From the NCBI RefSeq assembly GCF_964204865.1, contig NC_135262.1:12524001-12588000 (forward strand): a stretch of 64,000 nucleotides of DNA, read 5' to 3'. The position numbers and the translations under genes were made by a program. The notes below the pieces were generated by a model. It did not search any database. It was not told the DNA's origin and was given only the letters and a program-made list of their open reading frames with translations. Shown here one piece after another: positions 26,001 through 37,500 of the stretch. Positions within the stretch are counted from its first letter, which is position 1. Each line of letters starts with the position of its first letter. Origin of the DNA: Styela clava. Its lineage: Eukaryota.

Positions 26001-28504
26001 TCATATTTTTCTTTATATTCATTCATGTCGTCAAGGCAAATCATATGCTTCTGGTGCCACCAAATTTGCTAAAACTGTCCCAGACAGAGTTACATCACAA
26101 GTATGATACCTCGTCGTGGAAATCGTCATTTATTGGAGGTGCATCAATTCCACCCACAGCATTGAAAGAAGTTATCGATAGGTTCAACATTAGAATATTT
26201 CCATGTTAGTTGACAAATTTTTATAAACTTTTATAGTAAAGGTGAAAAACAAAGTCTAACTTTATCCAATCAGGTCGGCAGGCAACGTTTCAAGCCTAAA
26301 ATGGAATGAATTGAGTATTTGGAATAACTCGATAAACGACCGTTTATTACCTTTGGCAGCTTGTGTAATTTGTAGGTTCAACATTAGAATATTTTCATGT
26401 TAGTTGACAAATTTTTATAAACTTTTATAGTAAAGGTGAAAAACAAAGTCTAACTTTATCCAATCAGGTCGGCAGGCAACGTTTCAAGCCTAAAATGGAA
26501 TGAATTGAGTATTTGGAATAACTCGATAAACGACCGTTTATTACCTTTGGCAGCTTGTGTAATTTGTTTTATAAAATCGTTTACTATTATTTTGGAAATA
26601 GATATTATTTTAAACATGAACCCGAGCTTAAAGTACAAGTTTGTCTTGGACATAATAGCTGGCTGTTACTGGCGACATTCATTCTTAATTTGAAACTACC
26701 TGTCCAATATCACGCTCGTTCTTCTTGTATTTCATCTTGTATGTACATATATCAATTCCAATTCATATATCACCAATTCCGATGCATTCCTAACTTTGCA
26801 AGTAGATATGTACCTAAATCATTTAATTTTTAACGTGTTGGTATTTCAGGTTATGGGCAGACTGAATGCTTTCCTGTATCTTGGAATGACAAAGTAGATC
26901 AATTCATTGATTCAGCTGGTTCAATTGCAGTCAATTCTGAAATTATGGTGAATTAATTTAACGATTTTTGTAATACAAAAATAGAGTTATATAAAATTTA
27001 CGTTATATAAAGTAAGACAAAAACTTGAAGATTTTGTTTATTCATTTTAAAATCCTTTGGGCTCTATGTGATTCGTTTTTCAATTCGAAATTGTGCTACC
27101 TTCCTATTACGCTTTGAAGTATTTTGACGGTACTGGTATTGTACAAGGTAAAGTAGACTACTGGTCTTCGTTTTCATATATTTGAGCATCGCTGTCTTGT
27201 TTTGTATGCGATGACGTCATCAACATTAAAAATTTCACACTGCGTTCGCGTTCGTTGCTATCTGGGGGTCAGGGGAAGTCGTTAAGACTACGGTACCGGT
27301 AATCTAAGCAGATTGCTTACCCGTACTAGTTCATTTTGCTCTTCGTGTCCATATATTTAAACAGAGCTCTTTTGTTTGACTCTTAAATGTTTTACAGATT
27401 GTTGATCCAAATACGGAAAAAGAGTTGAAATCTGGCGAAGACGGCGAAATTTGGGTCAAAAGTACACATGTAAGGCATGAGATTCTTTCGTCAATATTTT
27501 ACCACATTTTCTGTAGAATAAATTAGTAGAAGATATATTCACACATTTTAATCTAAATGTATATAGGTAGCGATTCCAATTCAACTGTTAACAACATTTG
27601 ATCGTAACGATCATCCTTAGAATCAACAAAGACATTGAGAATCAAAGCAATCATTCCAAACTATCTTATATACGTTTTGCTAGATGGCTGCTGGATATTA
27701 TAAAAATTCGGAAGCAACAGAACAAGCAATAAATAAAGACGGATTTCTTCGTACTGGCGATATTGGACATATTGAAAATGAAATGCTTTTTGTGGTTGGC
27801 CGGCTCAAGGAAGTTATCAAATATAACACGTTCCAGGTAAAAAAAACAAACTTTCAATCACATATTTACCCGCCAATGTACGTTTTGATTTTCAAAAAAA
27901 AAAATTCGGTTTTCTTCAGAATAGTTTTTTTTTTTTAAATACGTTATTTATCTAAGTTAGTTCTTATGTTGAATTTTATGACTTCTCGATATATATCAAG
28001 ATATATTTATGATCGTGTTTAAATTGTTTCGCCTTGTTTTATACTATGACATGTTTAATCATTAATATATTGTTAACCCACTGTTACTTAGAAGATTCGA
28101 CACTTTGAATTTCTAACTATTTCATTTTTTTCTTCATGTTCAGGTTCCACCTGCAGAAATAGAGCATGTACTTATGAAACATCCTGGTTTAAAAGATGCT
28201 GCAGCGGTTGGTGTGCCAGATGAAGCATGTGGGGAGTTACCAAAAGCATTCGTTGTACGGAAAATGGAATCGGTCACAACAGATGAACTGCATGAATTGA
28301 TTAAAAGTACCAACTACATATAAATTTTACTTTATTCCACATGTTCTGTAATAAAAGTACAATTTTATTTTTCTAGATGAACTTGTCGATTACAAACATC
28401 TTCGTGGCGGGATCCAATTTGTCAATCATATTCCGAAATCTATACTTGGCAAAATAGATCGCATAGAATTGAAGAAATGGGCGATGAAAAACGAGAACCT
28501 ATAG
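23062..28504 (+). CDS. Luciferase/4CL-like ANL adenylating enzyme, copy 2 (intact, 528 aa)
   Basis: Exons 23062-23163, 23583-23793, 24469-24581, 24749-24824, 24893-25028, 25527-25692, 26036-26204, 26850-26947, 27398-27469, 27684-27836, 28144-28306 and 28377-28504 total 1587 nt, open. Motifs [62 protein letters not shown]. Ends AMKNENL. Confidence 0.95.
26179..26566 (+). repeat. 194-bp tandem duplication spanning the exon 7 donor (copy A only)
   Basis: Units at 26179-26372 and 26373-26566 differ by 1 mismatch. Copy B has a single unit (~51118-51275). Confidence 0.93.
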
Positions 28505-31091
28505 CAATGTCCCTCAAGAGATAATTTGAACCCCCAAATGCAAAAATGAAATTTTCTGTAATATTGCCGTAATTTATAATATTAGGATGATTTTGATTTA
28601 CTACTGAGTATTTTGAAAAAAAGTTTCGAACAAGTAATTAAAATTGTTCATATTATTAATAAACTAGGTTGCATGCATTTTGTTCACTTTTCTTAAGCAA
28701 CTCATATTTTTGTTTGTATGTTTGAGAAAATAACTGAAGGTGATGAATTTCAAAATCATGGTCAGAAATATTGATTTCAATGCAAACTCGTATATATACT
28801 GTTGAATGCGTGTTCAAATGTACTGCGACGCGATCGACCGCGGAACAGATGAAGAAACTATTCAAAATTAGTCGCCGAATGAGAATCTACCAAGATATTA
28901 GTATTATAGTCTGTAGTCATATTAGTCTGGTTCTGGGTCACTGGATGAATACGACTTACATTAAAGGATTTCATGGACAAAAAACAATAATCAAACTAGA
29001 CGTTAAAATCGATGTTCAATCAACATTTCAATATAAATTGTAAATAAAATTATATATGAACAGGTACTGGAAAATGAAAACGTAAATATCAAGCTTGCAA
29101 GAGTATGGTATTCCTAAAATGTAAGTATTACAAGGGAACTGTCGACCTAATTGGCGATTTGGGAACCAATCGTTTCTCAAACACAGTCCGCGAATAAGTT
29201 GATTGTCTTTATTCTCTGCTAGCGTAACCGCTTGGTTATCGATAGCTATGGTGTTACCGAAAACTCGAAGTTGCGAAGCGCAATGAGACGTTTTATTCTA
29301 TGTCTTCGAATTGGGTGTTGGACATTGTTTGTTCTTGTTCGACCGCATACATGAAGTCTCTAAAATAATCTACGCGTTTAATCTAGTCCAAACTCGCACA
29401 AAAATGGTAATTTTATAACTAACGATACAGTAAACGTATTATCGGAACTGCATGACAAAGAAAATATTTCAAGAAACAAAAAACAATAGTATGAAGCTTG
29501 TATATTCACCATTTTTGATTAACACAGTACTAACATAAGTATCTGAGTACTAAATAAAACATATAACATCCTCGTGAAGTACATGTTCACAAATATAATT
29601 TAGACATACCGGTATATACTTCGAGAAAAAATATTTGCTTTGAAATTACTATAACTTGAACTCGACCGAATTGCTTATCGTGGATTTGTTTGTTCATGCT
29701 TGACGTTAAATAGTTGGTTGACTGGAAAATAGAAGACATCCATCTCTTTTTTTATATATTTACCAAAATGGTTTAGTTCGTAAAATTGGCCTATATACCT
29801 GAAATATTTATTAACCACAATCATAAATTCTGAGCGGGAATTACCTGCAGTGTAAGCAAAGAATCGGTTATGAGAAAACTTTAGGACTGAATCATCAGCC
29901 TCACTATCATATCAACCTTATGTTATTTCTATAATTATCCCTTATAATCCCGTTGCTTTCATACTATTCAACATTGAAGTTCGAAGACATTATCAAATCG
30001 TATTATCTACTAGCAGTATAATGGCTTTCCCGTGTAAAAGCAGTCGTGCTTTAAAGACGCACGCAATTACATGTGATTACACGATATGAAGTAATTTATA
30101 GCTTTCTTTTTAGGCATCATTTTTAATTTTTTCCCGATGATTTTTTGAGACAATGTTACGGTAAATAGCTATAGCGTGGACACCGCAGCGTTGGTAGTCA
30201 GACTTTCGAACTTCATAACATCTTAAATAGTGTCGTGATATTGCATTGAATATACACTATACACTTAATTTCAAATGGATACTTGAATTATAGCAAATAA
30301 GAATAAGGATTCTTCTTTTTGTATTAAATATATTTCTTTCTAATTAATCATAAAAAGTTGAATACAGATTGCGAACGACACGGTTAACGATGTTGAATTA
30401 GGTTCGTAGAAGATATAGCAAATCATCAGAGTAAAATATGCTTGAATACCCAAAAATATTTTAGTGCTCATAAAGTTGAACCATGTATAATTGTTGATAT
30501 TCAATTAATTATAAAAAATCTATCACGGAACCACGCAGAAATATTCACGAAATGAATCTAATTATTCGTAGCGCTATGAGGTCAAATATGGAAACATGAC
30601 CAATCGGAGTAGTTCAACAGCTACCTATAACCATACGATTTACACGTACGCGTTTTTGCTTCTTCCATCACGGACGTCACGGACTTGAGAAATTGGTTTT
30701 TAGTCCTTGACATATCATCCAGATTTCTTGAATCAATATAAAATTGAATTGGCCCCATCTCTGAAGAACCATCGCGGTGATCATTCAAAAATTCAGAATC
30801 AAGCAATAGTAATATAGATTTTGATTCAACTCAAATTGTTTAAAGTCATTGAAAGCATGGTGCGAATAACAGTGCATTTAAAGTTTGAACACGAAAGCTG
30901 AGGATTATTCTAATGACAGTTTACGAGTTCACACGTCTGTCTCTCACATGCTTTTTGCGGCTTGAGTGATTTATATCAATGTTCCTTTACATTCCTATCA
31001 CATCATATTCATGTCCGGTATCCGATATGTGCACGTACCCAATGACTAGAATTCGAAGTGATATAAATTCACCGAAACAACTTATTTACAG

Positions 31092-32374
31092 TTTATGCAA
31101 TGACCGAATGTTGTCCCATATCATGGACGGATAAAGCTGATACATTCACGGATTCAGTTGGCTCTGTTCTGCGTCAATTCGGAAATTATGGTAATGTTTT
31201 AATATGAGTGTGAATTATCATCAGTGAAGAAGATGTAGATAATAACCAGCACACAGACAAAATGACAAAAACTATTTTTCACTATCGAAATAATGTTTGA
31301 TAATGTTTTACAGATTGTTGATCCAAATACAGAGGAAAAAATGAAACCTGGTCAAGACGGAGAGATTTGGGTCAAGGGACCACAAGTAGGCGAACTTTTT
31401 GTACGATGTACACAAGTCCATGTGTTTTGAAATACTATTAATGGCAATTTGCTCTCTTTATTTCTTTTTGAAAGAAAATAATTAAATTGAAAAAATCAAT
31501 TACAATACATTTAATCAAAGAGATAATCGTCAGTCATGCAATCAAGGAGTCGATCATTTCGAAGTTGCAACTAAATTGAGAAAATGTGACAAAGTCTATA
31601 TTTCAAAAGTAATTCCTAGTTGTGCCATTTACTAGATGAACGTTGGATATTATAAAAATGCCGAAGCAACGATGAAGTCAATCAATAAGGATGGATTTCT
31701 TTGTACAGGCGATATCGGAGTTGTTAAGAATGAAAGGCTATATATATGTTATTGGCCGATTGAAGGAAGTTATCAAGTATAACACATTCCATGTATCTGT
31801 TCTATATGGAAATGGGTCATCTAGACTAGACACATAAGTTAATTGAATCCATCAATCAGACAGTTTACTGGGCGTTCATATACGATAAGAAACATGTTTC
31901 ATCAATAACTGACTAGCAAAAGAAGATTCTTACGACATTGTAAAAATATGAGGCCGATTTTTTTTTACCCACAGGTTAAATTGATTCGTGTAGCGATTAA
32001 TTCGTATACTGTCTGTTTAGGTACCACCTGTCGAAATAGAAAATGTACTTTTGCGTCACCCTGGTGTTAAAGATGTTGGAGTGGTTGGTGTTCCAACCCC
32101 GTTTGTGGAGTGTTACCAACGTTTGTTGTAAAAAAAATCTTGAATCGGTCACAGCGAACGAACTTCAAACTCTGATAAAAGGTGAAAAAAAGTATATTAG
32201 TTTTACTTTAATCTACGTGTTCAATTAATATTATTCAAAGTATTTAGTTCAATTTCAGATGAGATTGTCGATTATAAACAGTTGAGAGCAAGTATCCAAT
32301 TTGTCAATATGATACCAAAATCAAAACTCGGAAAAATTGATCGCATAGAATTGAAATAATGGGCTATGAAATAG
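31092..32374 (+). pseudogene. 5'-truncated ANL ligase pseudogene (exons 8-12 only)
   Basis: Recognisable YAMTECCPISW, IVDPNTEEKMKPGQDGEIWVKGPQ, DGFLCTGDIG, PPVEIE and IPKSKLGKIDR. Frameshifts in exons 8, 10 and 11 and a premature TAA in exon 12. No exons 1-7 were found upstream. Confidence 0.92.
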
Positions 32375-33880
32375 GCGAACTAAACTACACAATCACTGTA
32401 TGCTCAATTACAAATTCACGTCATCTTATCAAGTTTCAATTTATACAGTGATTTCAAGTAGATTTAAGAATGTGTATTAATTTAGGACTTTGTCGAAATC
32501 TCTATTTTATTGCATGCAAACAAAGAACAATGTCGTACATGGAGAACAACATTGAGCTCTAACGATAAATCTAGTTTCCCGAGAGTAAAATTACCCAATA
32601 AAGCATTATTAACATGACTAATAGCTAATTGTCTTTATTGGTGTTGAAAAAACTGCATTTTCATAAGCCGGAAGTACAAATAAAAATATCATCAAATTCC
32701 CTTTGTAATATTATTTATTAACAAATCATTATTATTATTAAATATAACATATGCCTGGGATGAGTATAATTTTCTGCATTCATTTCGGAGTTTGCCTACA
32801 TTTATCATATAGTTGCTACTCATATAATTTTGTCATACTTGTATTATTTTATTTATATTCCTGTTAATTTGACAAGCCTCATCCAAAGATTGGCAACAAA
32901 ATGAACATACGTTTAAAGCTATTCTTCCCTTTACCCGTGCATAATGCATGCTTTATAAAATACCATTTATATTGAATAATTTTAGTCCAGTCCGCAACTG
33001 CTTGGTTGAATACTTAGATGTGTTTCAGAGTTTTATATTAAATTTGGGTGTAAACATATATTTGTAAATGAATTGAGCATTGCTCGAATTTTTTGACACT
33101 ATGCATTCGCGAGAGTTAATTCTGGAAATAAATTAGATTGTAAAGAGTAAAACGGCTTTGAGCCATCAGACGTTTAGAATTTTATGTTAAATATTTACTA
33201 GTCGTTTCAAATTAACTCGCGGTATTTTGCGAAGGACTGCAACTCACGAAAAAAAGTTTACGAGGTTACAGTCGGGCGCATTCCCTTGTACTTTTGATCT
33301 CACACAAAAATAAAATCCCAAGTATCCAAAGCGGGGAAAATATAATCTTTAAGCTCCAAATTTCAAACAATTGGTTCATTAGTTACGCAGAAACCTTTTT
33401 TTTAACAATAAAAAGGAAAAAGATACCACCAACAACATAATAACAGAACGGTCGGTCCATAGGTCTTTTCGTGTCGAAATAAATGAAGCAAATCACCTAA
33501 AAGGGATTCGATGAGATTATTTATTGATTTCGAAGAAACAAAAGACTATATTAAAAGACTATTGCAGACTATATTAAAAATTATAAATAAGTTTTGCCAA
33601 ATGCTGCACCTGTATGTGGCTGGGTTCTTCAAGTCGTCAGGGGTTTTGTCTATTTGCGATTGATTAAGCATCCCATAAATGTAAATTTTAGAATTAGGTA
33701 AAATCTTCAGATGCGCATCAGTCAATAAAACAAAATTAATGTTATTTCACTTTTTAACTTAGGTTGTGAAACATGTTCAACAAAACGCATCGATATGCGT
33801 TATTGAAGGTCCCACGCTTTATCAGTCTTAGCCTAAAATAATAGATCGGTAAGACAGACAACAAGCAGCCTTGAGAAAAA

Positions 33881-34209
33881 GATTCCAAGGAATATATTAC
33901 AAGCACGTCGTGGTGTCCGAAACAAAGAGGAGCGGAACTACGAAGGCCTTTCAAATCGATGATTTACCAATTCTGTTGAATAGACACGCAGGAGGCCCTT
34001 CAGGTACATGAAAAGAAATTCCTATTGCTACGCGTTGCATCATGTTGACATTGTAGAATTTGTGTAATTTGATTCCAAGGAATACATTACAACCACGTCA
34101 TGGTGTCCGAAACAAAGAGAAGCGGAACCATGAATGTCTTTCAAAATCGATGGTCTATAAATTCTGTCGAATAGACCCGCAGAAGATCCTTCAAGTACAT
34201 GAAAAAAAA
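33881..34209 (+). repeat. Diverged direct repeat (~138 bp x2) upstream of the LRR-like gene
   Basis: GATTCCAAGGAATA(T/C)ATTACAA...GTACATGAAAA at 33881-34018 and 34071-34209. Also present in copy B (~59425-59752). Confidence 0.85.
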
Positions 34210-34576
34210 ACCTAAATTTAACAGAATGCTGATTGCTGACGTCTTGAAAAATTCTTGTTTAAAAGCATATTTTGTCGGTTGTGGTGATGAATTCTCTTTT
34301 TTTTTCAACTTGTGATAATAGCCGCAAACTTATTCTCAATTAGGTCTAATATCCGAAAGGAACAATAAAAACATAGTTATTATATTGGTTAGGATTGGGG
34401 GAGGTAGGTGATTGATATCACAATCATATGTACCCACTAAGTGACAAGCGTCTAGATCTCTTTATAAATAGGACGCACATCCATCGTTTTTGAGAAACAT
34501 TAGTTTGAGTTCTAATTTTCATTTTGTATTTATGTTTAAACTTTAGTGGTCAGAAATATTAATTGCAGCTCTCATA

Positions 34577-37500
34577 ATGTCGACAAAAAAACTGGTCTCA
34601 AAAGAAATTAAAAGCTCCAAAGATTTGGAAAAAATCAAAAAAGATTTGAATAAAATTAAGCAACCGTTTTTTCTCAAAGTCATCAAGTTGGATCGTATTG
34701 AATATCCAGAGTTAATTCTGCTGATTAATTTGATGAAAAGAAATCGACTGCAGGAAATAAGTGTACGAGAATGCTGTGAAACTGCGGATGATCTGGCAAG
34801 ACTACTTCAGGCTATTTCAAGCAACCCGTACGTTGACACAACGGTGAGTAGTGATATTCGTTTAATTATTTCATTGTGTACAATTTCCCTTCAGAATCGT
34901 ATTTATTCACACTGATCCTATTCCATGAAATTTCCATCTGCAGTATGAAAATGTAATCTTTTTTTCAAACAACAAAACAGCCGTTGTCATTGGATATCAG
35001 GGAAAATCAATGTGATGGTAGATGTGTCGAACTTCTCCGTGACATGATTGACCGAGGGATTATAGCAAGTTTGGAGCTTCCGTCGAAGCAGAAAGAAAAT
35101 CACATTTTCACGTTATTGCGTTCCATTCGTTACTGCGAAAGTCAGGTTATAAAGTAATTAGTTGTTAAACGTGCGTAAACACTAGCTATCTATATGTATT
35201 CCCTACATGTATTCTTCTATTTGCAACAGATGCAACTACTTAATATAAATGACAATGTTATTGATGAAAAAAGTTTTGAATTACTGATGAATATCTTGAT
35301 GGAAAATAAAGTTCAGAAGAAACTTTACTTGAAAGATTGTAGAAAACCCAAAGAGCAGTTTACTGAAGCAGACAAACAATCGCTGCAACAAGCACAATCT
35401 TCAAAGGTAGTGATACAAATTGAAACGTTTTAGATTCTTACCTTTATTATCTTTTCTAATGTACCAAAAGTCGTATCGACAAGTTATCCTGTCAGCGACA
35501 TCTTTTGTAAATGGTCGAAGATCTAACTACAACCAAAAAAATTTCAGAAATTAGCGATCAAATGGTTCAAGACTAAGCCTGCAGTGAACAGCTCACTCAT
35601 AGCATATCAGGTTTGTGGATTCAATGATGATTTTATATATCTGGCTAGGATAAGCATTTGCCAGTAACATCCGTATATAAAATACGTTTGGAAGTACAGA
35701 GCCACAAAATGGGTTTTACACTTTTTTAAACTTAAGCTGCAAGAAAAAGTCAGTAAAAAATCAAATAAGTGGGATACTGAATAACACATTTCAACGTTTT
35801 GAACAAATTCAAAATTTTTAACAATATTAGATTTGTTTTCCAGAAATCGAGATTTATTATGATTTTAATAAAATACTGTAATAAATTTATCATTAAGCAC
35901 AGGTAAATGTATTTTCAGGATGGAAATAGATTACTTAGAAGAGTGACTGATAGATTGTTGTCATATGTACCTGAAAGTCACCGGGAAGCCGCAAAACTTT
36001 CAATTTCTAACCAATTCCGTCCAAAAGTATTAATTTAATTTTGTTATTCGAGCGACTATACTATACTATTTGTTGGCATTTATTGCGCTACAAAATGTTT
36101 ATATATCCTCAAAGTGCAGTCACCATAGCAACTTCTTATTTTGAACAAAAGTTCCTATACAATTTCACACAAACCAAATATTTTGCCGTTTACACTCAGC
36201 TTAGAGATAAAGTTTAAATATACTTTATAATATGGCAATTATATAGATTACCATTCTTAAAATATTCATCCGATTTATCAATTCGGAGTACGCCATGTAA
36301 AAAAGTGGTTTGGAGTCGATATATTATGATGTTCCGTGGCTCACATGTTTAGATTTGATTATTATGAATAATACGTATAAATAAATGAAACAATCTGACT
36401 CTGACGTGCTTACATAGTCACATTTATGTACATTTCGTCTAATGCTAGTTGTAGATATGGATGTAAAGTGCGTTCATTTTTAGAAAAAACGCAACAAACA
36501 CAGATATCCAGTTTATCAAGTAAGGTTTTTATTTATTTTTTCTATGTATGTGTGTAATATGAAATGCAATAAGCAATATTACATTTAAATTTTATAATTA
36601 TTAAAGTGAAAACGATGCAGAAAATTAGAATTTTTATAAAATAAAAGTGTTTAAAACTTTCATTTCTAGTATTCAAGTACTTACCTATCGTAGTTATACT
36701 TGATTGAAACCGAAAAGATTCAAAATTTTCAACAAAAAAAAAACGATACAGAGAAGCAGTATTGTATTTCCTATTTATTACAGGACGATATTTCGTCAAG
36801 TGAAGATCAGTATTGTTCGGAGGACGAAGAAATGATCGATAATTGTATGTACCGATTACAACTAATTACCATATTTCTTTGTGAATAATACGCACCTGTG
36901 GATAATACGCACCCAGGTTTTAGTACATTTTTAACGAGAATTTTCCATGCACTCCATGTATGATACGCATATCAAAATTCCGTCCTCTCTTGCCTTGTAG
37001 GTATTTTTATATATATATATGGTAATATGTTTATTGTATTTGCCTGTGGAACATCTGCCAATCATGATGTGATGTTATTTGACATTAAGTATCTTGTAAA
37101 GTTATTTGTCCCTCCCCTTTATACGCGGAGAAATACGGTATTTTTGAAGTGCCCCATCACCGTAAGAAACTAGGTTTTAAGTATAAGGTCACTTACGTAG
37201 GCGTAAAATTACCGAAGCTTACCTGCAAATTTAAATAATTACTGGAAAAAGCTTAAAAAAATTAATGTGAGTGTAATATTAAACTTAAACTAAACAGTAA
37301 TGAATTATTGTATTGTCTTGATTTGTTGAAGTTTGTCAAAATGAACACATTGCGACGACTCTCGCTTGTTCTCTTTACGGTTTTTTAAGAACGGTGTTCT
37401 GATATATTTTTATTATATCCAAAATTATATAAATTTAGCTTTTTGGTATGTACCGGTTTGGCTTGCACTCCTTTTTGCTTTTTGTTGTTACAATAGATGC

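Larger units (their letters stand above)
20998..37007 (+). repeat. Segmental duplication, copy A
   Basis: Colinear and mostly near-identical to 45955-62680, starting at CACCAATTTGAGCC. It is interrupted by a non-homologous stretch at ~28800-30520. Confidence 0.95.

Noticed and set aside
27130-27330. Helitron-like 3' end (hairpin TAAGCA-gat-TGCTTA then CTAGT) in intron 8; similar ACTAG end at ~2364
   Set aside because: No definable 5' end or independent second copy, so the evidence is insufficient.
23062-28504. True firefly-type luciferase (bioluminescence)
   Set aside because: Luciferin-binding residues are not conserved: the R218, F247 and R337 equivalents are M/I, G and F. The similarity is family-level only.
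30621-30806. 61-aa minus-strand ORF
   Set aside because: No recognisable motif and not preserved in copy B.
35611-35784. Terminal exon VCGFNDD... with a premature stop in copy A (ORF 61271-61471 in copy B)
   Set aside because: Better explained as intron. A CTAAC branch site plus TTTCAG acceptor at 35547 and a CAG|GTTTGT donor at 35610 define a 63-nt exon that keeps the frame.
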